A stretch of DNA of 64,000 bases, taken from NCBI RefSeq assembly GCF_004361065.1, contig NZ_SELT01000002.1, positions 177,714 to 241,713 of the forward strand, read 5' to 3'. Within the stretch, counting starts at the first letter, position 1. Each line of letters starts with the position of its first letter. Origin of the DNA: Cognatilysobacter terrigena. Lineage in GTDB: Bacteria > Pseudomonadota > Gammaproteobacteria > Xanthomonadales > Xanthomonadaceae. Shown in pieces: positions 19,668 to 29,553 of this stretch. The notes under the pieces are model-generated. The model saw only the letters and a program-made list of their open reading frames with translations. It was not told the DNA's origin and made no database searches. A program made the translations under genes and the position numbers.

Positions 19668-20143
19668 TGGGACGCGCGGTCGTGTCCACGGATGCGGCCG
19701 CGCAGGCGTGCGACGAAGCGTTGCGACGCGTGGGCCAGGGTCGATCGTCGAGTCGAAAGCGCCGATAGGGCAGCGATCAGCGCATCACCGTGCGACCTCT
19801 CGGCGACCTCGTCCCGCGCTCGGTCAGCGCAACGCCAGCGCGAATGCCGCGACGAAATTGACGAGCGCGAAGGCGATGCCGAGCAGTGTCAGCAGGGCGG
19901 TGCGGTGGCGGCGGTTGCGATAGGTCGTGGTCATGGCGGCGTCGGCGATGTGGCCCCGGCGCCGGCGCGCTGCTCCTGTCGTCCTTCGCCGTCGGTCCGT
20001 GCGGCTCGGTAGCGAGCGCCGGGGCAGGGCCATGCTCGGCCACGACGCGACCGGCCGCCGTCCGACGATGGCGCGTCGCTGCGTAGGAAAAATCCGGTGG
20101 GATACCGCCGGCCGATTGGCCGCAGCGGCTCGGCTGCGAATCG

Positions 20144-20551
20144 TCAGTGATACATCGGCTTCTGCAGCAGCGACGCCTGCGGCACGCGGTGCCGCTTGAC
20201 CCACATCAGCGCGTCGACCGCATCCGTGAATGCGTGCGCGCGAAGCCCCAAACGCGCCGCCATGATCACGCCGACCCGGTCGGCATCGAACAGCTCTTCG
20301 TGGGCCGCGATGGCGATGGTGTACGGCAGCGGCGCCGCGTCCGCCCACTCGCGCACGATCTCGAAGCGCTCCGTCAGCGTCGGTGCGCTGGCGATATCGG
20401 CATGGGTGAAGTCGAGCAGCAGGCGATTGGTGTCGGCATCGCGCGTGTCGCGGATCGCGTCGAGCGCGATCGAACGCGCTTCGCCGAGCGACAGCGCGCC
20501 CTCGACCAGCACCACCAGGCAGTCGTCATCGAGATGGCGTTCGACGTTCAT
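20144..20551 (-). CDS. Hypothetical protein, second of a tandem paralog pair (possible STAS-like fold)
   Basis: 135 aa; clearly paralogous to 20526-20942 (LVVLVEGALSLGEARSIALDAIRD...LLLDFTHADI... vs LVLRVEGDATLGQARATAFEAVMA...LLLDFLDMQL...). Confidence 0.5.
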   Translation of the reverse strand: MNVERHLDDDCLVVLVEGALSLGEARSIALDAIRDTRDADTNRLLLDFTHADIASAPTLTERFEIVREWADAAPLPYTIAIAAHEELFDADRVGVIMAARLGLRAHAFTDAVDALMWVKRHRVPQASLLQKPMYH

Positions 20552-20942
20552 GCGGCTTCTCCGAGACGAGTGTCGCCGCCGGCTCGCTCAACCACCGCTG
20601 CGCGGCGGCGCGGTCGGTGAACACCTGCGCGTCGAGGCCGAGACGAGAGGCGACGTACAGGCCCGCGCGGTCCGGCCTCAGCAGCGATTCGGGTGCGGCA
20701 AGCGCCAGCGACAGTCCGCGCGGCGCGGCTTCGGCCCATTCCTGGACGATGTCGATGCGCTGCACGTACTGCGGCGGCGCGTCGAGTTGCATGTCGAGGA
20801 AGTCGAGAAGCAGCCGACGGAGGCCGCGGTCACGACAGGCCATGACCGCTTCGAAAGCCGTTGCGCGTGCCTGCCCGAGCGTCGCATCCCCCTCGACGCG
20901 CAGCACCAGCGTCTCGTTGTCGATGCGCACGTCGGTGTTCAT
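20526..20942 (-). CDS. Hypothetical protein, first of a tandem paralog pair (possible STAS-like fold)
   Basis: 138 aa starting MNTDVRIDNE. Its 3' end overlaps the downstream paralog's 5' end by 26 nt. Confidence 0.5.
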   Translation of the reverse strand: MNTDVRIDNETLVLRVEGDATLGQARATAFEAVMACRDRGLRRLLLDFLDMQLDAPPQYVQRIDIVQEWAEAAPRGLSLALAAPESLLRPDRAGLYVASRLGLDAQVFTDRAAAQRWLSEPAATLVSEKPHERRTPSR

Positions 20943-21088
20943 CGCCACTGATGGTAGGCGCGGGGCATGACGCAGACGCACCGCCGGTCGCATGTGCACC
21001 AAAGGGCAGGGACGACCGAACGCGTCGAATGCGCGTCGCCAAGCGGCCGTTCCTGCGATGCATCGTGGGCCGGTTCGCCCGGATCGCG

Positions 21089-21367
21089 TCAGATGTAGGC
21101 GCTGCTCGCCGCCCACTTCACCTGCGCGATCACTTCCTTGATGCGTCCGCGTTCGACGAGCTCCGCGGGCGATGCCTCGCCGCGCCGCGTGCACAGCCAT
21201 CGAGCCAATGCGGCCTCGTCGTGCTTCCAGAAATCGAGGAGCAGGGTGGCGAGCTCCGGCGATTGCGCCCGCACCAGCTCCCATACGCGACGTTCGGCCT
21301 CCCGACATTCGTCCTGCGCGCCGGAGCAGTTCGAGCTCCAGGAACAGATCGTCGTGGGGTCGGGCAC
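21089..21367 (-). CDS. Hypothetical protein with DUF2384-like (Xre/MbcA/ParS antitoxin C-terminal) motif
   Basis: C-terminal LARWLCTRRGEASPAELVERGRIKEVIAQV resembles the toxin-binding domain of Xre-family antitoxins. No RES-type partner found. Confidence 0.35.
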   Translation of the reverse strand: MPDPTTICSWSSNCSGAQDECREAERRVWELVRAQSPELATLLLDFWKHDEAALARWLCTRRGEASPAELVERGRIKEVIAQVKWAASSAYI

Positions 21368-21670
21368 AGCCGGTCATGCGGGGGATGCTCGCATGGGTCC
21401 GGCGTGGCGGGGCTGAATCGTCCATCAACGCGTTCACGACTGCCGCAGCGCACGCGACTGGCGCGGCGTGCATCCCGACGAGCGGTTGGATCCCGCGCCA
21501 CCGATGCGGCGGAGCAACACGACGACGTATCACGACATTCGCCTTGCGCCGTGTTGCGTCAGCCCGCGTCACAAGGCGCGTCTGCGCGTCACAATGGTCG
21601 CCACCGGGGCGGGCTCGCTCGTACAGCGCGCCGGCCCGTCGCGTATGTCGAACACGCTGGATCGCAACCA

Positions 21671-22678
21671 ATGTTCCAGACCCTGCCTGCCATCGACGCG
21701 CGATTCCGCTACCGAATGCGGCTCTGGTTCTGCCGTGCCTTCATCGTGCAGTTGCTGGTGATCGGTGCGCTCAGGCTGCATCTCGGGCACGACGAGATCG
21801 CGCTTTTCGATGCGGCGTGGGCCGTGTGCTTGTTCGTCGTGCTCGGCGCCATCCATCTGCTGCCCGACAATCCGCGCGTCGGCGATGCGCTGGTGCTGCT
21901 CAACGCGGCATTCGCGTCGGCGAGCATGCATCTGGTCGGCGTCATCGGCGTCGGCTGGGTGTTCCCGACCGTGATCGCGTCGTTCGCCATCAGCCGGACA
22001 TCGTTGGCGCTCGGGCTGTCGACGATCATGCTGGTCAACGCGTTCCTGTTCACGCGCTTCGACAGCGTCGATATCCAGGTCGCGTTCGGTCTGTCGGGCG
22101 TGCTGATCACGGTGCTCGCGTACGTCGCGGCAATCCACGTCCAGCGTCTGCGCGGGCTGCTCGAGCGCCTGGCGACACGCGATCCGCTGACCGACTCCGG
22201 CAACCGTCGGGCGATGGACGAGGCGTTGCGCGCCGCATTGCGGTCGCGCCAGCCCAGTGTGCTTGCGGTGCTCGATCTCGACCACTTCAAGAAGATCAAC
22301 GACGCCTACGGCCACGCCGTCGGCGACCGTGTCCTTCGGGAAACGGCGGCCGCCGCGCGACTGGCGCTCGGTGACGCCGGCGAGCTCTACCGCCTCGGTG
22401 GAGAGGAGTTCGTGATCCTGCTTCGCGACACCGAGCGCGACGCAGCACACGCACGGTTGCTCGCGCTCACCGCGGCCGTTCGGCGCGACGTGCGGCTGCG
22501 CGAGGTGCAGGTCACGTGTTCCGTTGGCCTTGCGGGCAAGCAGGCCGGTGACGATCAGGCGGCGTGGCTCGCACGCGCGGACAAGGCCGTCTACCGCGCG
22601 AAGGCGCTGGGCCGCGATCGCGTGGTCGATATCGACGACACGCCCGAATTGGACGCGGCGAGCTTCTGCATGGAGTAG
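21671..22678 (+). CDS. Membrane-anchored diguanylate cyclase (GGDEF)
   Basis: Five or six N-terminal TM helices, then a GGDEF domain with an active GGEEF motif (LGGEEFVILL). Confidence 0.85.
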   Translation: MFQTLPAIDARFRYRMRLWFCRAFIVQLLVIGALRLHLGHDEIALFDAAWAVCLFVVLGAIHLLPDNPRVGDALVLLNAAFASASMHLVGVIGVGWVFPTVIASFAISRTSLALGLSTIMLVNAFLFTRFDSVDIQVAFGLSGVLITVLAYVAAIHVQRLRGLLERLATRDPLTDSGNRRAMDEALRAALRSRQPSVLAVLDLDHFKKINDAYGHAVGDRVLRETAAAARLALGDAGELYRLGGEEFVILLRDTERDAAHARLLALTAAVRRDVRLREVQVTCSVGLAGKQAGDDQAAWLARADKAVYRAKALGRDRVVDIDDTPELDAASFCME

Positions 22679-22790
22679 TGCGCTCGCGCTACGGCGTGAC
22701 CGGGCTGTTCAGAGGTCGTACGAACCCCGCGGATTCGCGCGCCGCGCGCGCGGCGCCGTCACCTGGCAGCGCACGCGTACCTGCACGCGA

Positions 22791-24611
22791 TCAGGCGACG
22801 GCGCGCACCTTGCGATTCGGCTGCTGCGGCATCGCATTGGCGCGGCCCGCGGGTGCCGGCGCGTCCGATGTGCGATAGCGCGCGACCTGCGCGACCAGTG
22901 CGTTCGCTTCGTTCTCGAGGCTGCGCGCACTCGCCATCGCTTCCTCGACGAGCGCGGCGTTCTGCTGCGTCGTCTCGTCCATGGCCGTGATCGCACCGTT
23001 GACGAGGTCGATGCCCGCGCTCTGCTCGGCCGCGGCTGCCGCGATGTCGCCCATCAGGTGGGTGACGTCACGGATGCGGTCGACCGTGCGGGCGATCGTC
23101 GAGCCGGCGTCGTCCGCGACGCGCGCACCGATGCCGACCGCTTCGCCGGATGACAGAATCAGCGAGCGCACGTCCTTCGACGCAGTGGCGCAGCGCTGCG
23201 CGAGGCTTCGGACTTCCGACGCGACCACCGCGAACCCGCGGCCCTGTTCGCCCGCACGCGCGGCCTCGACGGCCGCGTTGAGCGCGAGGATGTTGGTCTG
23301 GAAGGCGATGCCGTCGATGACGCTGATGATGTCGGTGATCTGCTTCGCATTGCCCTCGATGCGCGACATGGCCTGCACCATCTGCGCGACGGCGGCGCGT
23401 CCGTCCTCGGCGACCTGCACGGCATCGAGTGCGAGCTGGTTGCCACGACGCGCGTTCTCCGCGGTGCCACGCACGGTGGACGCAAGTTCTTCCATCGACG
23501 ATGCGGTTTCCTCGAGCGATGCCGCTTGGCGTTCGGTGCGGACCGAGAGGTCCTCGTTGCCCGCCGCGATCTCGCGCGCGGCGGCGTGCACTTCGCCGGA
23601 CGCGGCCGCGACCTGCGACACGACGGTCGCCATCGAATCGAGGAGCGCATTGACGCCGTTGCAGAGCTCGGCAATTGCGCCGGCCTGCCCATCCAGCCGC
23701 ACGCGTGAACGAAGGTCGCCCTGGCTGGCAGCCGACACCACGTCGCCGACGCTCGCCACCGCGTCCGCGAGCGCGCGCGCCTGCTTCACCTGGTCGGTGA
23801 CATCAGTCGCGTACTTCACGACTTTCCACGGCTTGCCGTCGCCGTCGAAGATCGGGTTGTACGACGCCTGGATCCAGATCTCGTTCCCGGCTTTGCCGAC
23901 GCGGCGATAGCGCCCGGAGTCGAACCGGCCCGCACGCAGGTTCGCCCAGAAGGCGGCGTAGGCGTCCGACTTGGTCTCCGCCGCCTCGAGGAACATCGCG
24001 TGGTGCTTGCCGCGCACCTCGTCGAGCGAGTAGCCGGTCGTGGCGCAGAAGTTCTCGTTCGCGGTCAGCACGTTGCCGTCGAGATCGAACTCGATGACGG
24101 CCTGCGCTTTGGAAATCGCCGCCATCTGGCCCGCGAAGTCCGCGGCCTCGCGCATCTTCGCGGTGATGTCGGTGGCGAACTTCACGACCTTGTACGGCGT
24201 GCCGTTCTCGTCGAACACCGGGTTGTACGACGCCTCGATCCAGATCGGCGCGCCCGACTTCGCGATGCGACGGAAGCGCCCGGCCCGCAGTTCGCCCCGA
24301 CGCAAGGCACTCCAGAATTCGCTGTATTCCTTCGACGCCGCGTAGGCATCGTCGACGAACAGGCGATGGTGCCGGCCGGTGATGTCGTCCAACTCGTAGC
24401 CGACCGCCGCGAGGAAGTTCGCATTCGCCTGGCGGATCGTGCCGTCGAGGTCGAACTCGATGATCGCCTGCGCACGATCGACTGCGGCGAGCAGGCTGCG
24501 CGCCTCGAGCAGCGCGCGATCGGGAACCGACATGGTCGGCGCCATCTTTCGAAAAATCTTGTGCAACACGTTCGCGTCCTCGCGTAACGAAGTCGTCACG
24601 CCCTTCGTCAC
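22791..24611 (-). CDS. Soluble methyl-accepting chemotaxis protein with two N-terminal PAS domains
   Basis: Duplicated PAS blocks (AIIEFDLDGTIRQANANFL... and AVIEFDLDGNVLTANENFC...). MCP signalling domain with highly conserved ...TNILALNAAVEAARAGEQGRGFAVVASEVRSLA.... No TM segments. Confidence 0.85.
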   Translation of the reverse strand: MTKGVTTSLREDANVLHKIFRKMAPTMSVPDRALLEARSLLAAVDRAQAIIEFDLDGTIRQANANFLAAVGYELDDITGRHHRLFVDDAYAASKEYSEFWSALRRGELRAGRFRRIAKSGAPIWIEASYNPVFDENGTPYKVVKFATDITAKMREAADFAGQMAAISKAQAVIEFDLDGNVLTANENFCATTGYSLDEVRGKHHAMFLEAAETKSDAYAAFWANLRAGRFDSGRYRRVGKAGNEIWIQASYNPIFDGDGKPWKVVKYATDVTDQVKQARALADAVASVGDVVSAASQGDLRSRVRLDGQAGAIAELCNGVNALLDSMATVVSQVAAASGEVHAAAREIAAGNEDLSVRTERQAASLEETASSMEELASTVRGTAENARRGNQLALDAVQVAEDGRAAVAQMVQAMSRIEGNAKQITDIISVIDGIAFQTNILALNAAVEAARAGEQGRGFAVVASEVRSLAQRCATASKDVRSLILSSGEAVGIGARVADDAGSTIARTVDRIRDVTHLMGDIAAAAAEQSAGIDLVNGAITAMDETTQQNAALVEEAMASARSLENEANALVAQVARYRTSDAPAPAGRANAMPQQPNRKVRAVA

Positions 24612-25115
24612 GATTTATCGGCGACGGCGCGGTGCGCTTCATGGGTAGACGAAAAGGCGCGTGAATCGTTCAAGCAGTGCGGCCGCTTTGCTGCACGCGG
24701 ATGCGAGCGTCGTGATCCCCCGCGTTTGCGTCTGCGTCTGTGCGAATGACTAATGACCGATAGTGCGACGGCCGCTTGCCGTCGCAACAGCGGTTGTCAG
24801 CGCTCGAGCTGGTTCAGGACAGCCGGACGCACGCGGACAATGCGACGACTACCCTGCGGAACGGCACAGATATCACGTGTCTTGCGAATGCGCGGCCCGA
24901 TGAGCCTGAACCGTTTCACATTTGCCTTTCGTTCGACAACAGCCGGTTGACTCCGCAGTCGGCTGCATTGACTGTGGACCTCGCCTGCTCTCGCCGACCG
25001 GCGAGGCGAAGTACCGAAGGACGGGCGATGCCGTTGCACGGTGATGCTTCAGTGACAGCTCCGGTACGACATTTGCTTGGCCACCGTGAAGCTTGACCGG
25101 CCCTAGGGGAGGGCG

Positions 25116-25592
25116 ATGACCATCAGTGAGCGCTACCGCACACGTCGGCGGACGATGGGATGGACCCTGCTCGAGCTGATGCTCGGCTTGGCCGTGGCCG
25201 CGGTGCTCGCGGCGATCGCGCATTCGGGCTACAGGTCCATCGTCGAGCGCGGTCGCGTGGCGCATGCCAAGGCGGACATCGCCGAGTTCGACACCCTGAT
25301 CGAGCGATGGCGTACTGGCCACCGCGAATACCCGACGAGCCTCGACGACTTCAATTACGACGGCCGTCTCGATCCCTGGGGCAATCCGTACCACTACACA
25401 TTGCTGGCGGGAGTCAAAGGGAACGGTGCAGCGCGCAAGGATCACAAGCTCAATCCGCTCAACAGCGACTACGACCTGTTCAGCGCCGGCCGCGATGGCG
25501 TCTTCAAGACGCAGATCACCCAGAAGGACAGCCTCGACGACGTGATCCGCGCGCGCACCGGGGGTTACATCGGCCTGGCCGCGGACTACTGA
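25116..25592 (+). CDS. GspG-like pseudopilin (type IV pilin-like prepilin N-terminus)
   Basis: Ribosome-binding site GGGGAGGG upstream. Prepilin motif ...RTMG|WTLLELMLGLAVAAVLAAIA. C-terminal DPWGNPYHY...SAGRDG parallels GspG's DPWG..Y...S.G.DG. Confidence 0.7.
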   Translation: MTISERYRTRRRTMGWTLLELMLGLAVAAVLAAIAHSGYRSIVERGRVAHAKADIAEFDTLIERWRTGHREYPTSLDDFNYDGRLDPWGNPYHYTLLAGVKGNGAARKDHKLNPLNSDYDLFSAGRDGVFKTQITQKDSLDDVIRARTGGYIGLAADY

Positions 25593-25598
25593 CCGTCC

Positions 25599-28256
25599 AT
25601 GACGAATTGGTCGGCGCTTCGTATCGAGGGCACATGGCTGCGCAGCCGCCTCGCACGACGCATCTTCCTCATGTTCTGCGCGATGGCGTTCGTGCCCGCC
25701 GCGCTCGTGTTCTGGCTCACGTGGCGACAGGCCGATCTCACGGTCCGTACCGCCGAACAACGCGACCTGCGTGCAGAGACGCGATTCGTCGCGTTCACCC
25801 TGCTCAGCCGACTGCAAAGCGCCGAAGCCCTGTTGACGCGCATCGCCGCAGCCGGCGGCGTGCCGGATTCGAACGATGCGGACGTTTTCGACGCCGTTGT
25901 TCGTCGAACGCTTGCCAACGGCGTGGACACGTCGCGACTGTCGCGTCTGCACGTGTCAACGGTCCCGGGCGCGCAGATCGGTCGAGCTGTCTTGCTCGTC
26001 GCACGGCCGCAGCCCGACGGATCGACGGTGATCTACGCCGGCACGTTGTCGCCGCGCTACCTATGGCGGGCGGACGAGGATGTCGTCGAAGGCACCCGCA
26101 TCTGTATTCGTTCCAGCGTGCAGGCGCTCGGCTGCGGCGGTGAGGTCACGTCGGGCGCACGCACGATTCGGACGTCGTGGGACCTCGACCTGAAGACCGA
26201 ATACGGCGCGCCCGTGTGGCGTTTCGACGCCGAGCGCGAGTCGGGCGCGGCGCCCGCGTTGCGCGTGCACTGGTTCGCGCTGCTGGCCGCCGGCGTGCTG
26301 CTGATGGCGATGCTGATGAGCCTGGTGCAGATCCGTCGCACGCTGGTTCCGCTGGAAGCATTGATCGATCGCATCCGCGCGTTCTCCGGCTCGCGACGCG
26401 CCGTGCAGCGGAACTCGAACTCTGACGAGCTCGCGACGCTGTCGCACACCTTCGACGAGATGCAGCAGCGGATCGGCGGGCAGCTTGCGCGCCTGCACGG
26501 CTTGTCGGCGGTGGATGGCGAGATCGTGTCGCGCCAACCGCTCAGCGCCATCCTCGAGAGCGTTGCCGAGCAACTGCGTGCGTTGCCCGGCGTGCTCGAG
26601 GCCGCGGTCATCGTCGAGGTATCTGCAAGCGGGCCGCGCGACGTGTATCCGGCAAGCAACTCCGCGCACGAGCGGCACAAGGTGCTGCAGGTCATCGATT
26701 CGGTGCGCGTCGAGCGCGATGGCGATCCGTGGCAGCGCGTCGTCACGCCAGACGAGCATGACGGAGCGGGCAGCGTCTGGTATCGCCTCTCCCTCGCCGC
26801 GTCCGACGACCATCGCGCCTGGGCGGTCGTGGCGCTGGATACACGAGCAGAGCGCGATCCCGAAACGCTCGACGCCGCACGTCAGCTCGCCGACCGCGTC
26901 GCCATCGCGCTTGCACTCGACGCGCGCGAGCGTCGTCTCGTGCACCAGTCGCGCCACGATGCACTCACCGGCCTGCCGAATCGGCTGGCGATCATCGAAG
27001 AACTCGAAGCCGCGATCGCAACGTCGTCGCGGCCGTTCGCGGTCGTCTTCATGGATCTGGATCGCTTCAAGTCGGTCAACGACGGGCTCGGCCATGCGCT
27101 GGGCGACGCGCTGCTCGCTGAAATCGCGGCGCGACTTGCCAGCACGCTGTCGGCGGACGACGTCGTCGCACGCCTCGGCGGTGATGAGTTCGTGCTGCTC
27201 CTGCGCGATGTCGCAGGCATGGACGACATCGACGCCGTGCGCGCACGCATCGACACGGCGTTCGGACTGCCGGTGACGCTCGGCGACCACGTCATGGCGA
27301 TCCGCTACAGCGCGGGCGTCGCGTTCCATCCCGTCGATGGCGACGATGCCCACGATCTGCTGCGCAAGGCGGACGTGGCGATGTATCGCGCCAAGCAGGA
27401 GGGCGGCGGGCGCTTCGCGGCGTATTCGGCGGGCATGAACGAGGCGGCGCGCGAGGAGGTCGAACTGGTGGCGGCGCTGCGTGTCGCGCTGTCGGACGAG
27501 GCGCTGGATGTGCACTACCAGCCCCGCATCGATCCGCACACCCGCCAATGGCAGGGCATGGAAGCGCTGGCGCGGTGGCACGATCCGCAGCGCGGCTGGA
27601 TCCCGCCGTCGAAATTCGTCCCGCTCGCAGAGCGGCACGGGCTGATCGACGCGCTGGGCGCGCTGGTGCTTCGGAAGACGTGCGCGCAGATCGCCGCATG
27701 GCGTGCGCTCGGCTTCGCGCCGGGGCGCGTCGCGATCAACGTGTCGAGCGAACAGTTGCGTGCCGGGACGCTCGTGGACGACATCGGTCGCGTCCTCCTC
27801 GCCAGCGGCGCGGAGTGGTCGGACCTCGAAATCGAGATCACCGAGTCGCTGCTGATCGCCGATGCCGAGACGAGCTCGCGACAGTTGCAGGCGCTGCGGG
27901 ATCTCGGTGTGCATGTCGCGATCGATGACTTCGGCACCGGCTACAGCTCGCTCGCCTATCTCGCGCGATTGCCGCTGGATACCATCAAGATCGATCGCGC
28001 GTTCGTGGTCGCACTCGACGAGCCCGGAACGGCGTCGGTGGTGCGTTCGATCCTTGCGCTCGCCACGGCGCTGGGCAAGCGCGTCGTCACGGAGGGCGTG
28101 GAAACCGAATCGCAGCTGCAGGTCCTGCAATCGTGGGGCTGCGACGTGTTCCAGGGCTATCTGTTCTACCGCCCGATGCCGGCTGCGGACGTCGGCACGT
28201 TGCTGGCAGCTGCATCGGCGGGCGCAGTGGGCAGCGAGAAGTCGTTGGCGCCGTAG
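25599..28256 (+). CDS. Membrane sensor GGDEF-EAL protein (c-di-GMP cyclase/phosphodiesterase)
   Basis: Two TM helices flank a periplasmic domain; HAMP-like linker. GGDEF domain with GGDEF motif (LGGDEFVLLL). EAL domain with EALARW, ...EITES..., DDFGTGYSSL. Confidence 0.9.
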   Translation: MTNWSALRIEGTWLRSRLARRIFLMFCAMAFVPAALVFWLTWRQADLTVRTAEQRDLRAETRFVAFTLLSRLQSAEALLTRIAAAGGVPDSNDADVFDAVVRRTLANGVDTSRLSRLHVSTVPGAQIGRAVLLVARPQPDGSTVIYAGTLSPRYLWRADEDVVEGTRICIRSSVQALGCGGEVTSGARTIRTSWDLDLKTEYGAPVWRFDAERESGAAPALRVHWFALLAAGVLLMAMLMSLVQIRRTLVPLEALIDRIRAFSGSRRAVQRNSNSDELATLSHTFDEMQQRIGGQLARLHGLSAVDGEIVSRQPLSAILESVAEQLRALPGVLEAAVIVEVSASGPRDVYPASNSAHERHKVLQVIDSVRVERDGDPWQRVVTPDEHDGAGSVWYRLSLAASDDHRAWAVVALDTRAERDPETLDAARQLADRVAIALALDARERRLVHQSRHDALTGLPNRLAIIEELEAAIATSSRPFAVVFMDLDRFKSVNDGLGHALGDALLAEIAARLASTLSADDVVARLGGDEFVLLLRDVAGMDDIDAVRARIDTAFGLPVTLGDHVMAIRYSAGVAFHPVDGDDAHDLLRKADVAMYRAKQEGGGRFAAYSAGMNEAAREEVELVAALRVALSDEALDVHYQPRIDPHTRQWQGMEALARWHDPQRGWIPPSKFVPLAERHGLIDALGALVLRKTCAQIAAWRALGFAPGRVAINVSSEQLRAGTLVDDIGRVLLASGAEWSDLEIEITESLLIADAETSSRQLQALRDLGVHVAIDDFGTGYSSLAYLARLPLDTIKIDRAFVVALDEPGTASVVRSILALATALGKRVVTEGVETESQLQVLQSWGCDVFQGYLFYRPMPAADVGTLLAAASAGAVGSEKSLAP

Positions 28257-28427
28257 GGTGCTTCACGATAAGGGGTAGCGGGCTTTCGCCACACCTTCCT
28301 GTACCGACGAGTGGACAGCGCAGCCGGACCACCGCGCGACGGAATCGCTGGCAGGGCAGCTCCGCGCGCTTGCCGCCACTCGCGCCAGGGCTTTTCGTCG
28401 TCTCCACGCGTCATCCGCGAGCACGCC

Positions 28428-28787
28428 ATGACCTCGTTGGCCCAGCGCATCCGCCGCGCACGCACCGCCGCCGGCCTTTCGCAAAGCACGCTCGCCGCGC
28501 GCATCGGCATCAAACGGAGCGCGGTGACGCAGTGGGAGCACCCGCACGGCACGCGTCCGAGCGTCGACCACCTCATCCGCATCGCGATCGAAACCGGCAC
28601 CGGCTTCGAGTGGCTGGCCACGGGCCGTGGCCCGAGCGAACTCGATCCGCTCGACACCACCCCCGCGGTTCTCGTCGACGACTACGCCGGCGACGAATTC
28701 GAAGCCCAGGCCCTCGGCCACCTCCGCCGTATGCCACCCGCGAAGAAGCGCATGGCCGTGGCGATATTGGAGACGATGGGGCGATGA
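28428..28787 (+). CDS. XRE-family helix-turn-helix transcriptional regulator
   Basis: 119 aa; LAQRIRRARTAAGLSQSTLAARIGIKRSAVTQWE is a canonical Cro/C1-type HTH. Confidence 0.75.
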   Translation: MTSLAQRIRRARTAAGLSQSTLAARIGIKRSAVTQWEHPHGTRPSVDHLIRIAIETGTGFEWLATGRGPSELDPLDTTPAVLVDDYAGDEFEAQALGHLRRMPPAKKRMAVAILETMGR

Positions 28788-28914
28788 CGGTCGGCGATGA
28801 TCGAACCCGCTGGGCGCTAAGGCACTGCGGCAGCCCAGCCCCATACTGCCGCTCGTCGGAAACGTCACCACAGCTGCTAGTCCGGGATTTCATGTAAGCG
28901 TACAGTCGCCTTCC

Positions 28915-29553
28915 ATGAAAGGCGATCGCCCCCGCAGCTCGACGGACTACGTCCGGGAATTCCGCAAGCGGATGCGGGAATCCGGCCTGGTGAAGCGCGA
29001 GGTCTGGATCCGCCCCGAGCGGGCCCCCGAGCTGACGGCGATCGAAAAGCAGCTGCGCCAGCCGCCCGGTACGGCGACGGCGCTCGACGAAGAGCGATCG
29101 GCTCGGCCGGGCTGGACCGTACACGCGCTCGCCGTCGCGCTCGCAGCGACCCGGCCCGTGCTTACGGGCCGCGTCACCATCGAACTCATCGAGGGTGCGG
29201 AGCCCAGTCTCCACCTCGTCATGCACGACTACGGCGACCTGCCGGTTTTCGTTGCGATCGGTGGCGAGCAGATCATCGTGCAGGTGCTGATGTGGCCCGT
29301 GGACGACGTCGTCGACACGGCAGCGTTCGACATGCACGTGCTTCGGACACACAAGCTGCTGCCACTCAGCACGATGGGCATCGAGCCGATCGGTGGTGTC
29401 ATGAGCTACATCATGTTCGGCTCGCTCGACACCCATTCGAGCCTCGCCAACGTCCTGTTCGAAATCGAAACGCTCGCCGAGAACGTGCTGAGCGCCGCGG
29501 AGTCGTACGCGCCGTTCCTGCGCCCCGAACTTCTCGACGAGGCGGCCGCATGA
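28915..29553 (+). CDS. DUF2170/YjfI-like protein with N-terminal extension
   Basis: 212 aa; C-terminal two-thirds (...VFVAIGGEQIIVQVLMWPVDDVVDTAAFDMHVLRTHKLLPLSTMGIEPIGG...YIMFGSLDTHSSLANVLFEIETLAENV) resembles the YjfI family, which precedes PspA-like yjfJ in enterobacteria. ATGA overlap with the next gene. Confidence 0.5.
   Translation: MKGDRPRSSTDYVREFRKRMRESGLVKREVWIRPERAPELTAIEKQLRQPPGTATALDEERSARPGWTVHALAVALAATRPVLTGRVTIELIEGAEPSLHLVMHDYGDLPVFVAIGGEQIIVQVLMWPVDDVVDTAAFDMHVLRTHKLLPLSTMGIEPIGGVMSYIMFGSLDTHSSLANVLFEIETLAENVLSAAESYAPFLRPELLDEAAA

Noticed and set aside
21089-21367. Complete RES-Xre type toxin-antitoxin module
   Set aside because: Only the antitoxin-like C-terminal motif is present. 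No RES-domain or other recognisable toxin gene is adjacent, so only an orphan antitoxin-like ORF is reported, at low confidence.
26061-28130. 689-aa minus-strand ORF
   Set aside because: Antisense to the GGDEF-EAL gene, whose GGDEF and EAL motifs are intact on the plus strand.
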